NCBI GenBank assembly: GCA_043813605.1
Contig: JBDRKX010000005.1
Span: 1 to 14,770 of the forward strand
Source of the DNA: Elusimicrobiota bacterium
GTDB taxonomy: Bacteria > CG03 > SLGR01 > JBDRKX01
Length of the DNA: 14,770 nucleotides
Direction of reading: 5' to 3'
Shown here piece by piece: positions 1-8,563 of this stretch. The notes below the pieces were generated by a model that was not told the origin of the DNA, made no database searches, and was given only the letters and a program-made list of their open reading frames with translations. The translations under genes and the position numbers were made by a program. How positions within the stretch are numbered: the first letter of the stretch is position 1; each line of letters starts with the position of its first letter.

Positions 1-62
1 AATGCTTTGTGATATCTGTGATAAATTTTGTGCAAATAGTTCATTCTAAATTGTAACTTCAT
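1..62 (-). CDS. 5' end (partial, runs off window) of a probable rve-type/ISNCY-like transposase
   Basis: Minus-strand ATG at 62-60, GGAGG RBS (71-75) 8 nt upstream, open to the window edge: MKLQFRMNYLHKIYHRYHKA... This resembles the 'YL..IY.RY.KA(SKKEK..ILDEF)' N-terminus I recall from integrase-core ISNCY-like transposases. Only 20 codons are visible. Confidence 0.5.
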   Translation of the reverse strand, partial: MKLQFRMNYLHKIYHRYHKA

Positions 63-77
63 AATGCGACCCTCCAT

Positions 78-161
78 GGGGTACATTATATGTGAAAGGC
101 TTTATCTGGGTTACATTTTCAAATGAGTCGACGAATGCCCTTCGGGTTACATTTTAGATGA
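78..161. repeat. Three 18-19 bp direct repeats, probably IS subterminal transposase-binding sites
   Basis: GGGGTACATTATATGTGA (78-95), GGGTTACATTTTCAAATGA (108-126), GGGTTACATTTTAGATGA (144-161); starts 30 and 36 bp apart, directly upstream of the partial transposase-like ORF. Confidence 0.75.
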
Positions 162-175
162 TTTGATTCGGCCTA

Positions 176-204
176 TTGAAAAACAGTCCAATATTTATTA
201 TATT
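176..204 (+). promoter_or_regulatory. Putative sigma70 promoter for tRNA-Met and the downstream operon
   Basis: TTGAAA (176-181), 17 nt spacer, TATATT (199-204); tRNA starts at 222. Confidence 0.6.
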
Positions 205-221
205 AGACAGACTAAATGGGT

Positions 222-298
222 GGCGGAGTAGCTCAGTTGGTTAGAGCATCGGAATCATAATCCGGTTGTCGTGGGTTCGAGTCCCCCCTCCGCTACCA
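222..298 (+). tRNA. tRNA with CAT anticodon, most likely elongator tRNA-Met
   Basis: Cloverleaf: acceptor GGCGGAG/CTCCGCT, D arm GCTC-AGTTGGTTA-GAGC, anticodon arm TCGGA-ATCATAA-TCCGG, T arm GTGGG-TTCGAGT-CCCCC, discriminator A, encoded CCA. No C1:A72 mismatch and no GGG/CCC in the anticodon stem, so not the initiator. Confidence 0.93.
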
Positions 299-370
299 AT
301 TAAGCTTTAAGTAATAATAGTTACTGTGGCGGTATAATAATTAATAAAAAGATCTTCCTGTTTAAAATAA

Positions 371-847
371 ATGAAATTCATTAGATTTACCGGTATAATA
401 AGTTTATCCCTTATCTTTTCAGCAGCAGGCTGTGGACAGAAAAACCTGTGGGATTATTCTACGCCTGAAGCTATGTATAAGACTTACAGAGACCAGGCTA
501 AAGTCCTTAGGCTGGTAGCTGACGACCGTAATTACAGAAGGGCGATAAGATGTTTTACTGAAGAAGCCGGTAAATGGTTTGAAAAGAATTACGATAAGAT
601 AGAAATAGAAAAAGAAGAGGTGTATGAAAAACTGTATTTAAGCAAAAAGTTTGCTTATGTATTCGGAAGGGGTATAGTGCCTGCCGGCCCTGATCCTGAC
701 CAGGAAGTATATGAATTTTCGAATATAACTTCGGATTCCGCCCAGCTCAAAGTAGAAGGATACGAAAAAAACATCGAGCTGGTAAAAAAAGGCCGCAACT
801 GGCAGATAGTAGGGCTTTTCGGAGTCAACGAAAAAGTCTCTCCCTGA
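371..847 (+). CDS. Hypothetical lipoprotein (possibly NTF2/DUF4878-like fold)
   Basis: 158 aa; basic N-terminus, hydrophobic stretch and lipobox-like AAG-C21. 'TPE..Y' near the start and 'LVKKGRNWQI' near the end are typical of small NTF2-like lipoproteins. Confidence 0.7.
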   Translation: MKFIRFTGIISLSLIFSAAGCGQKNLWDYSTPEAMYKTYRDQAKVLRLVADDRNYRRAIRCFTEEAGKWFEKNYDKIEIEKEEVYEKLYLSKKFAYVFGRGIVPAGPDPDQEVYEFSNITSDSAQLKVEGYEKNIELVKKGRNWQIVGLFGVNEKVSP

Positions 848-866
848 TATCCATACCGGGTGAATT

Positions 867-2231
867 ATGAATAATGAATTAAAACAAACCATATTTTCGT
901 CTATAGATTTCAGGTCGCCGCTCTTGCTGTGTGTATCTGGCGGTAAAGATTCGGCATGTATGCTGCATGCTGTATCGGAATTCATAGACAGGTTCGATAA
1001 AAAACCTGAAGTAGTCCATTTTAATCACGGGTTGAGAGAAGAGAGTAAGGAAGAAGAAGAATTTGTTGTCCGGAGCTCCGCTGAGTACGGTATGAAATGC
1101 ACTGTTTTCAGTCTTGATGTAAAAGGGTATGCCCGGGAAAACGGGTTATCGACAGAAGAAGCTGCAAGAAAACTCCGGTATGCCAAACTCACCGGATATA
1201 CGTATAATGAGGAGGCCCGCGGTATCGTTTTTACTGCGCATACGGCGACTGACCAGCTTGAAACAATTGTGTTCAGACTGATAAAAGGTACGGGACTGAA
1301 AGGGCTTTCCGGTATAAGAAAACAGGTTAAACTTGATTCAAGCTGGGTAGTGAACCGGCCCATGCTTGGTATTCCAGTATCGGCGGTGATGGAATATGTC
1401 ACTGAAAACAGTATAGAGTATCGTGAGGACAGCAGTAATTCAGACATAACATTTCTCCGTAATTTCATAAGGGCGAGGATCACTCCTGAGATGAGACAGC
1501 TTAATCCGTCAGTTGAATCCAATATAACAAAACAGGCTGCTTTCTGGGCTGCGGAGGATGAATATCTTGATTCTGTAGTAAGACACACTCTTTCAGGCAT
1601 GAATATTGACAGAAACGACGGCAGGATATATATTGAATTAGATAAACTATTAAGATATAATGAATGGTTGCAGCGGCGGCTGATACGGGCTCTTTCTCCC
1701 GTCGAGCTGGATTTTGCCGTAACGGTAGCGGTTATCGGTCTCGTAAACAGCGAAACAAGCGGTATTTCACTCGATATCGGTGCCGGCTGGAAAGCAAGAA
1801 AAGAATATAATATCTTGGTTTTTGAAGATCGGGTCCCGGAAACAAGGGCTTTTGAATATAATATTGTTCCCGGGACAGAATGTGTGATCAGCGAGACTGG
1901 GAAAACATTAAAAACTGAGATAATCGATCACAGGATAGAACCGGAAAGTTCGAAAAACGTCGAGATATTCGATGCGGGTTGTCTTAATCTGGATAATATA
2001 CGCGTAAGATCGAGAAGAGACGGTGACAGGATATCTCTTTTAGGGACAGAAGGTACGAAGAAGATCAAAGATGTGTGTATAGATCTTAAACTGCCTTTAG
2101 CCGAGAGGAATTCTCTTCTTCTGGTTGTTGAAGGAGACAGCGTTCTCTGGGCGGCACCGCACAAAAGATCTGGTATAGCGCTTGTGGGGAAATACACTAA
2201 AAAGATCCTCAGATTGGAATTGGTGGCATAA
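867..2231 (+). CDS. tilS: tRNA(Ile)-lysidine synthetase
   Basis: PP-loop SGGKDS, HFNHGLR, EEAARKLRY, AHTATDQLET, RPML, DSSN...RNFIR, C-terminal TilS_C-like 'GTKKIKD..IDLKLP..ER'; conserved tilS-hpt-ftsH order. Confidence 0.96.
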   Translation: MNNELKQTIFSSIDFRSPLLLCVSGGKDSACMLHAVSEFIDRFDKKPEVVHFNHGLREESKEEEEFVVRSSAEYGMKCTVFSLDVKGYARENGLSTEEAARKLRYAKLTGYTYNEEARGIVFTAHTATDQLETIVFRLIKGTGLKGLSGIRKQVKLDSSWVVNRPMLGIPVSAVMEYVTENSIEYREDSSNSDITFLRNFIRARITPEMRQLNPSVESNITKQAAFWAAEDEYLDSVVRHTLSGMNIDRNDGRIYIELDKLLRYNEWLQRRLIRALSPVELDFAVTVAVIGLVNSETSGISLDIGAGWKARKEYNILVFEDRVPETRAFEYNIVPGTECVISETGKTLKTEIIDHRIEPESSKNVEIFDAGCLNLDNIRVRSRRDGDRISLLGTEGTKKIKDVCIDLKLPLAERNSLLLVVEGDSVLWAAPHKRSGIALVGKYTKKILRLELVA

Positions 2232-2785
2232 TGAAGACTATAAAAGACGATATACAGGAAATACTTGTTTCTGAAGACGAGATCAGATCAAAGATCGCGG
2301 ATATGGGTAAACAGATATCGGAAGAATACAGGGACAAGGATCCGGTGCTTATCTCCATACTCAAAGGGAGCATAGTCTTCCTTGCGGATCTGATGAAAGT
2401 GCTTGATACAGGCTGTTCTGTTGATTTTGTGGCGGTATCGTCATATGCCGGCGAAACTGAATCATCCGGTATAGTGCGCATGATAATGGACTTGAGGGAA
2501 AGTATAGAAGACCGTCATGTGCTGTTAGTAGAAGATATAGTCGATACAGGGCTGACTATATCCTATCTTAAAGAAAACATGCTTACGCGGAAACCGAAAA
2601 GTTTTAAAATATGTACATTGCTTTACAAACCTGTTAACCCGGGATTACGGTCGGAACTTGATTATGTCGGGTTCGAGATCCCGAACAAATTCGTTGTCGG
2701 TTACGGGCTTGATTATATGGAGAGATACAGGAACCTGCCGTACGTCGGCGTACTTAAACCGGAGGTTTATAGAAACAGGACATGA
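2231..2785 (+). CDS. hpt: Hypoxanthine phosphoribosyltransferase
   Basis: ILKGSIVFLADL, VSSY, PRPP motif VLLVEDIVDTGLT, FVVGYGLDY.ERYRNLPY. Confidence 0.97.
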   Translation: MKTIKDDIQEILVSEDEIRSKIADMGKQISEEYRDKDPVLISILKGSIVFLADLMKVLDTGCSVDFVAVSSYAGETESSGIVRMIMDLRESIEDRHVLLVEDIVDTGLTISYLKENMLTRKPKSFKICTLLYKPVNPGLRSELDYVGFEIPNKFVVGYGLDYMERYRNLPYVGVLKPEVYRNRT

Positions 2786-4827
2786 AAAAAGATACAAAAG
2801 TAAAATTTTTCAAGGGAGCGTCTTTCTGGATATTTCTTATCCTTGCAGCCCTTCTCTTGTCAAATTATATGGGCGGTAAAGACACTATCAAGAAGATCCC
2901 GTACAGCGAATTCAGGAGGATGATATCGCTCGGCAGGCTGGAATCAGTTGAAGTGGGTGAAACAGACATAAAAGGCACGTATATCAATCCGGAAGGTAAC
3001 CGGGTCAACTTCAAGACCATTCTGGTAGAAGACGATAAACTCGTAGAAGAACTGCAGGCAAACGGCGTGAAATTCGAAGGAGTTATTTCAAAGGGCTGGT
3101 TTCAGATGGTCATATTCAGTTTCGGCCCTATACTGCTGTTTATACTTATATGGCTTTTTATGCTCAACCAGATGCGTTCAGGCGGCAGCCAGGCGATGTC
3201 TTTCGGGAAATCGCGCGCAAAACTGTATATAAAAGATAAGAAGAAACAGATAACATTCAATGATGTCGCGGGTGTGGAAGAATCAAAAGAAGAGTTACAG
3301 GAGATAGTGGAGTTCCTGAGGAATCCCAAGAAGTTCACCAGGCTCGGTGCCGAGATACCTAAAGGAGTGCTTCTATACGGGGCGCCGGGTACAGGGAAGA
3401 CGCTGCTGGCTAAAGCTGTTGCGGGTGAAGCAGATGTGGCGTTTTTTTCCACGTCCGGGAGCGAGTTCGTGGAGATGTTCGTGGGTGTAGGTGCTTCCAG
3501 GATAAGGGATCTTTTTGAGAAAGGAAGAAAAAATGCGCCCAGTCTTCTTTTTATAGACGAACTTGATGCGGTAGGAAGAACGAGGTTCTCCGGTCTCGGC
3601 GGCGGGCATGATGAAAGAGAACAGACGCTCAACCAGATGCTGGTGGAACTTGACGGGTTTGATTCAAGGGAGGGTGTTATACTCATCGGTGCCACGAACC
3701 GGCCGGACGTACTCGATCCGGCATTGCTTCGAAAAGGGCGGTTTGACAGACATATAGCCGTACCGAGTCCTGATCTTAATGAAAGAAAAGAGATACTGCA
3801 GCTGCATGCTAAGAAGATCAAACTTAAACGCGGGGTAAAACTCGATGTGATAGCAAGGCGGACACCGGGGTTTGTCGGCAGTGATCTGGCGAATATAGTT
3901 AACGAAGCGGCTCTTCTCGCCGGCCGGGAAAACGCTGTATCGGTGTCCATGAAACACCTGGAAGAAGCCATAGACCGGGTCATAGCCGGGCCGGAAAAGA
4001 AGAGCAGGATAATATCCATTGAAGAAAAATCAAAGATAGCTTATCATGAGGCGGGACATACTCTCGCGGCGCTGCATCTGCCGCATGCTGATCCGGTGCA
4101 TAAAGTGTCTATACTGCCGAGAGGGCCGGCGCTCGGGTATACGCTGCAGCTGCCAATAGAAGATAGGTTCCTTATATCCGAAGAAGAGATATTTGAAAAA
4201 CTCGTTGTGCTGCTTGGCGGCAGGACTGCGGAAGAGCTTATATTCAGAACGAAAACAACAGGCGCGCATAACGATCTGCAGAGGGCTACCGATATAGCGT
4301 ACCGGATAGTGACCGAGTACGGTATGAGTAAAGAACTTGGGCCGATCACTTTCCGGCGGGACAGGGATAATATATTCCTCGGCAGGGAACTGGCACAGGG
4401 CAGGGAATACTCGGAAAAAACAGCGCAGATGATAGACGAGAGCGTTATGGCGATAATAGACGAATGCTATAAACGGGCGATGAAACTTCTTGAAGAGAAC
4501 CGCGAAAGCCTGATAGCCCTTGCTGATGCGCTTGTCGAGAGAGAGATCATCGAAGGTGATGATATCAAACGTATATGCGGTCTGGAAATAGAAATTTCAC
4601 AGGAAAATTCAGAAAAGAATTCAGAAGAAGATTCTCAAGAAAAAGACGCGGCGGCGGAAGATATTTCGGAAGAAACATCACAAGAAAAAGAACAGGAAAA
4701 AGAAAAGCCGATAGAAGAGCCGCAGAAAGTTTCGCGGGGAAGTTCACAAGAAAAGGTGCCGAAAAAAAAGACTGATGAAGTAAAGGAAGAAGAAGATGGA
4801 TCGGGAGAAGATAAAAAAAGCGGTTAA
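2782..4827 (+). CDS. ftsH: ATP-dependent zinc metalloprotease FtsH, with an acidic low-complexity C-terminal tail
   Basis: Two N-terminal TM segments, Walker A GAPGTGKT, pore FVG, Walker [28 protein letters not shown], zinc motif HEAGH. Confidence 0.98.
   Translation: MKKDTKVKFFKGASFWIFLILAALLLSNYMGGKDTIKKIPYSEFRRMISLGRLESVEVGETDIKGTYINPEGNRVNFKTILVEDDKLVEELQANGVKFEGVISKGWFQMVIFSFGPILLFILIWLFMLNQMRSGGSQAMSFGKSRAKLYIKDKKKQITFNDVAGVEESKEELQEIVEFLRNPKKFTRLGAEIPKGVLLYGAPGTGKTLLAKAVAGEADVAFFSTSGSEFVEMFVGVGASRIRDLFEKGRKNAPSLLFIDELDAVGRTRFSGLGGGHDEREQTLNQMLVELDGFDSREGVILIGATNRPDVLDPALLRKGRFDRHIAVPSPDLNERKEILQLHAKKIKLKRGVKLDVIARRTPGFVGSDLANIVNEAALLAGRENAVSVSMKHLEEAIDRVIAGPEKKSRIISIEEKSKIAYHEAGHTLAALHLPHADPVHKVSILPRGPALGYTLQLPIEDRFLISEEEIFEKLVVLLGGRTAEELIFRTKTTGAHNDLQRATDIAYRIVTEYGMSKELGPITFRRDRDNIFLGRELAQGREYSEKTAQMIDESVMAIIDECYKRAMKLLEENRESLIALADALVEREIIEGDDIKRICGLEIEISQENSEKNSEEDSQEKDAAAEDISEETSQEKEQEKEKPIEEPQKVSRGSSQEKVPKKKTDEVKEEEDGSGEDKKSG
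4591..4755 (+). repeat. Degenerate 12-bp-period repeats encoding the FtsH tail
   Basis: GAAATTTCACAG/GAAAATTCAGAA/AAGAATTCAGAA/GAAGATTCTCAA (4591-4638); GATATTTCGGAA/GAAACATCACAA (4660-4683); AAAGTTTCGCGG/GGAAGTTCACAA (4726-4749). Confidence 0.65.
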
Positions 4828-5360
4828 TGATTTTCTTGTCGCTATAGGGGAAGATGTTACCCGCGAAGGGTTGGCGGATACCCCTGACAGGGTCGCGAGG
4901 ATGTGCGAGACTATATTTTCGGGGTATGAGGCGCCTGCCGAACCGCCGCCGATATATTTTGAGGCAAAAAAGTATTCCGATATCATACTGATAAAAGACA
5001 TATATTTTCATTCGGTATGTGAACATCATCTGCTGCCGTTTTACGGTAAAGCGCATGTGGCGTATATTCCCAAAGAAGGGAAGATAACAGGATTATCCAA
5101 GATAGCCCGGTTGGTAGACGCTGTGTCGGGCAGGCTGCAGCTGCAGGAACGGTTGACAGAAGTCATTGCGGATATGATGGTAGAGAACATCGATCCGTTA
5201 GGGGTTATGGTTGTAGTCGAAGCGCAGCATCTCTGCATGATAATGCGCGGGGGTAAAGAAACCGGGGTCATCTATAGTGACATCAGCGATGCGCGGGGTA
5301 TTTCTTAAAGATGCCAGAACGCGTGCTGAAGGTATGGCGCTGATACAGCGCGGTGTGTAA
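4796..5360 (+). CDS. folE: GTP cyclohydrolase I (type IA), frameshifted by one extra G at 5249-5253 in this sequence
   Basis: [44 protein letters not shown]. The listed ORF stops at 5308, but the conserved C-terminus [31 protein letters not shown] continues in the +1 frame to TAA at 5358-5360. Confidence 0.93.
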
Positions 5361-5369
5361 CAGAAGAGT

Positions 5370-6191
5370 ATGGGGGTAATAAATAAAACCGGTACCGGCC
5401 CGGTTATAATGGGTATACTTAACGTCACGCCTGATTCGTTCTATGACGGCGGGAAATACTCTGACAGCAGCAAAGCTCTGGACCGTGCGCGTAGAATGGC
5501 TGATGAAGGGGCAGAAATAATCGATATAGGGGGAGAATCGACCAGACCGGGCGCTGAAGAAGTTTCTTTACAGAAAGAGCTCGACAGGGTCATACCCCTG
5601 ATAGAGGATTTAAGAAAAGAACTGGACATAAGTATCTCCTGTGATACGTCAAAGAGCGCTGTGGCGCGGGAAGCGCTCAATGCCGGGGCGGATATAATAA
5701 ACGATGTGACCGGGTTTACCGATCCGGTAATGAGAAAAACCGTGGCGGAAAAAGGTAAAACCGCCTGTATAATGCATATGCTGGGCGATTCGCGCACTAT
5801 GCAGGAATCGCCTGTTTATTCTGATGTTCTTTCTGAAATAAAAGAGTTCCTCTATGAACAGGCCCGGGTCTGTGAAAAAGAAGGTATAGCACCGGGTAAC
5901 ATCATAGTCGATCCCGGGATAGGGTTCGGCAAGACGCTGGAACATAATATTAAGATACTGGCTAACGCCGATTATTTTGCCGAAAAATACCCGGTACTTA
6001 TCGGCGCATCGAGGAAATCGTTTATAGGTAACTTGCTGGACAGGCCTGTTGAAGACAGGCTTGCCGGATCGATTGCTGTTGCCGCGTATGCGGCGCTCAA
6101 GAATACGGCTGTTCTCAGGGTACATGACGTTAAAGCTACGCGGGATGCTGTTATGATGATAAAAGCATTGAAGGAAAAAGAAGATGAATGA
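5370..6191 (+). CDS. folP: Dihydropteroate synthase
   Basis: IMGILNVTPDSFYDGG, IDIGGESTRPGA, IINDV, DPGIGFGK, GASRKSFIG, LRVHDV. Confidence 0.97.
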   Translation: MGVINKTGTGPVIMGILNVTPDSFYDGGKYSDSSKALDRARRMADEGAEIIDIGGESTRPGAEEVSLQKELDRVIPLIEDLRKELDISISCDTSKSAVAREALNAGADIINDVTGFTDPVMRKTVAEKGKTACIMHMLGDSRTMQESPVYSDVLSEIKEFLYEQARVCEKEGIAPGNIIVDPGIGFGKTLEHNIKILANADYFAEKYPVLIGASRKSFIGNLLDRPVEDRLAGSIAVAAYAALKNTAVLRVHDVKATRDAVMMIKALKEKEDE

Positions 6192-6996
6192 ATTTCTGGT
6201 AGTACTTAAATACACATGGTCAATGTATCTAAGGCACGGTATTGACATACTAATAAGTGCCTACGTGATATACAAGGTTATGCAGCTTTTGAGGGGGACA
6301 CGGTCCGTACAGGTGTTAAGAGGTATAGGACTGCTCCTTATAGCGACACTTATTTCCAATGTGCTTAACCTGATACTCATCGGCTGGCTGTTGAGGTGGT
6401 TCTGGGTGGTAGGTGCTGTTGCTCTTGTGATAGTGTTCCAGCCGGAGATAAGAAGGTTCCTGGAGTATCTCGGGTCGGGTAACTTGACAAGGATAATCAT
6501 GCGCGGCAGAATAGAGTTTATAGAAGAGATAGTTAAGAGCCTCATGAATGTTGCCAAAAAAGGCCATGGCGCGCTGATAGTACTTGAAAGGGAGACTGGA
6601 TTAAGGGAATACATAGAATCCGGTGTGAGCATAAATTCGGAGGTCTCAACTGAGCTGATAGAGACCATATTCACGCCGCCGTCGCCGCTTCATGACGGCG
6701 CTGTCATACTGTCAGGTGACAGGCTGGTGGCAGCAGGATGTATACTGCCGCTCACGCATAATCCGATCATGTCAAAAGTAATGGGTACCAGACACCGCGC
6801 AGCGGTGGGGTTATCCGAAGTGACTGATGCCATAATATGTATTGTTTCCGAAGAGACAGGCGAGTTTTCCATGGCGTATGAAGGCAGTCTTAAAAAACAG
6901 CTTGAACTGGATGAGATAAAGAAGGTACTTCTTAACTATTACAGGGAAGAAGTAGTGGAAAAAACCGTTAAAATGGAGCGGCAGACAATTGAATAG
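6184..6996 (+). CDS. cdaA: Membrane diadenylate cyclase (CdaA/DacA type)
   Basis: Three N-terminal TM helices, VIVFQPEIRR, GALIVLER, catalytic LHDGAV and GTRHRAA, VSEETG. Confidence 0.95.
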   Translation: MNEFLVVLKYTWSMYLRHGIDILISAYVIYKVMQLLRGTRSVQVLRGIGLLLIATLISNVLNLILIGWLLRWFWVVGAVALVIVFQPEIRRFLEYLGSGNLTRIIMRGRIEFIEEIVKSLMNVAKKGHGALIVLERETGLREYIESGVSINSEVSTELIETIFTPPSPLHDGAVILSGDRLVAAGCILPLTHNPIMSKVMGTRHRAAVGLSEVTDAIICIVSEETGEFSMAYEGSLKKQLELDEIKKVLLNYYREEVVEKTVKMERQTIE

Positions 6997-7072
6997 GAAT
7001 ACTGTAGCGAAACTGTTGGCGCTTATTCTCGCTGTAATACTCTGGGTATACGTCAGATATCTCCTGACATGA
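6989..7072 (+). CDS. 27-aa micro-ORF resembling the N-terminal membrane anchor of CdaR/YbbR (alternatively a frameshifted C-terminal TM of CdaA)
   Basis: TTG at 6989, GGAG at 6975-6978; (M)NRNTVAKLLALILAVILWVYVRYLLT*; the stop overlaps the pdxJ start (ATGA). Matches the CdaR 'N...KLL(S/A)L.LA..LW.YV' pattern and lies in the canonical cdaR position. Confidence 0.65.
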   Translation: MNRNTVAKLLALILAVILWVYVRYLLT

Positions 7073-7860
7073 TCAGACTCGGGGTTAATATAGACCATGT
7101 AGCTACGCTCAGGGAAGCGCGTAAAGAAGGGATACCTGATATAGTGGATGCCGCTAACGCGGTAGCAGCGGGCGGCGCGGACAGTATCACCATACACCTC
7201 AGACAGGATAGGAGACATATCAATGACGAAGACCTATACAGGCTGAAAAGAGAGGATATACTTCCTCTGAACCTGGAGATGGCGGCTGTTGACGAGATAA
7301 AAGAGATAGCCCTGAAAATATGTCCTGAAAGTGTCTGCCTGGTGCCTGAAAACCGGCAGGAACTCACTACTGAAGGCGGACTGGATGTCTCAGGTAACCT
7401 GGTAAAACTCAGGCCCGTTATAGAAGAGCTGAAGAACAAGGGTATAGAAGTATCGCTGTTTATCGATCCTGATCCGGAACAGATAGAAGCTTCAGCCAGA
7501 TCCGGCGCTGATGCTGTAGAACTCCATACAGGTAAATACGCTAATGCGTCAGGTCAGGAAAAAGGACTCGAACTGAACAAACTTCAGGTAGCTGCGGCAC
7601 TCGGACTGGAAAAAAGGCTTAAAGTCAACGCCGGGCACGGATTGGATTATGAGAATGTTGCCGCTATTACAAAGATACCCGGTATAAGCGATCTGAATAT
7701 AGGGTATTCTATTGTCTGCAGATCAGTATTAACCGGACTGGAACAGGCTGTAAGACAGATGAAAGAAATTTTACTGGGAACATTTGGAGAAACATCAGGG
7801 GGAACTTTCGAGAGAAAATCAGGGGAAATATTTGGGAGAAATTTTGGGAGAAAAAAATGA
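7069..7860 (+). CDS. pdxJ: Pyridoxine 5'-phosphate synthase, with a repeat-derived C-terminal extension
   Basis: LGVNIDHVATLR.AR, ITIHLR.DRRHI, LNLEMA, LVPE.RQELTTEGGLDV, VSLFIDP, ELHTG.YA, NAGHGL. Confidence 0.96.
   Translation: MIRLGVNIDHVATLREARKEGIPDIVDAANAVAAGGADSITIHLRQDRRHINDEDLYRLKREDILPLNLEMAAVDEIKEIALKICPESVCLVPENRQELTTEGGLDVSGNLVKLRPVIEELKNKGIEVSLFIDPDPEQIEASARSGADAVELHTGKYANASGQEKGLELNKLQVAAALGLEKRLKVNAGHGLDYENVAAITKIPGISDLNIGYSIVCRSVLTGLEQAVRQMKEILLGTFGETSGGTFERKSGEIFGRNFGRKK
7765..7860 (+). repeat. Tandem array of eight degenerate 12-bp units forming the PdxJ tail
   Basis: GAAATTTTACTG/GGAACATTTGGA/GAAACATCAGGG/GGAACTTTCGAG/AGAAAATCAGGG/GAAATATTTGGG/AGAAATTTTGGG/AGAAAAAAATGA. 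Confidence 0.8.
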
Positions 7861-8192
7861 AAACCCTTTTGAAGACCCGCGGGTTCGTAATAATATGCAT
7901 AATCGCGCTGGTATACTGGGGGTATTTCTATTTCCTACGGTCACCGAAAGCGCTGGAATCGAGGGTAATGGAGCGTTCTGGCCGTGCCCAGCGTGATAGT
8001 GAAAATCGGCAGCATATTACGCATGAACTTAACAGGAACATACTGGAGACAGCTATAAGCATATACAAAGAACATGAAGGCGCGTTTCCGGGTAAACTGG
8101 CTGATCTGGTTGAGAAAAAGTATCTGGACACTATGCCTGACCCCGGGGACCGGGACTGGGTATACGATCCTGAAACCGGTACGGTAATATGA
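7857..8192 (+). CDS. Small membrane-anchored protein with a GspG/pseudopilin-like C-terminal domain
   Basis: 111 aa; one N-terminal TM, then 'L.TAI.IY..HEG.FP..L.DLV..KYL..MPDP....W.YDPETG.V', similar to T2SS GspG-type globular domains; coupled by ATGA overlaps on both sides. Confidence 0.65.
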   Translation: MKTLLKTRGFVIICIIALVYWGYFYFLRSPKALESRVMERSGRAQRDSENRQHITHELNRNILETAISIYKEHEGAFPGKLADLVEKKYLDTMPDPGDRDWVYDPETGTVI

Positions 8193-8563
8193 AGATAATC
8201 GGTACGGGAATAGATGTAGTTAACATAAAACGGCTTGAAGAGACGCTTTCCCGTCAGCCGGCAGTAGAAAAAAAGATACTTACTGATGCGGAAATAGCGT
8301 ATTGCCGGGCAAAAAAAAATTTTCTTGAAAACATAGCCGGCAGGTTCTGCGCCAAAGAGGCTCTTTATAAAGCGCTGAAAAGGGAGATGGAGACTATTGT
8401 CTGGCATGATATGGAGATAATAAGTAACGGGTCACATCCGGTACTTGACGGGAACTGTAAAATGGCAAAATATATGAAAGAGAGAGGACTAAGCTGCAAT
8501 ATAAGTATTGCACACGAAAAAGATGTCGCTGTGGCGCATGCGGTAGTATGGAGTGAAAAGTGA
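8189..8563 (+). CDS. acpS: Holo-[acyl-carrier-protein] synthase
   Basis: IIGTGIDVV.I.R, LT.AE..YC, AGRFCAKEA.YKAL, ISIAHE..AVAHAV; pdxJ-acpS context. Confidence 0.95.
   Translation: MKIIGTGIDVVNIKRLEETLSRQPAVEKKILTDAEIAYCRAKKNFLENIAGRFCAKEALYKALKREMETIVWHDMEIISNGSHPVLDGNCKMAKYMKERGLSCNISIAHEKDVAVAHAVVWSEK

Noticed and set aside
78..161. Possible mini-CRISPR array
   Set aside because: Repeats are only 18-19 bp and degenerate, with 12-17 bp gaps and no cas genes; an IS end fits better.
306..338. Second promoter (TATAAT at 333-338)
   Set aside because: No convincing -35 at proper spacing and no extended -10 TG; AT-rich background.
7180..7720. PdxJ substitutions (HLRQD, DLNIGY) suggesting inactivation
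   Set aside because: The main catalytic His/Glu motifs (IHLR, NLE, AGHG) are intact; probably lineage variation.
7765..7860. 12-bp arrays as CRISPR or simple microsatellite
   Set aside because: There are no spacers, and the units are too divergent for a recent slippage microsatellite; reported as a degenerate repeat family instead.
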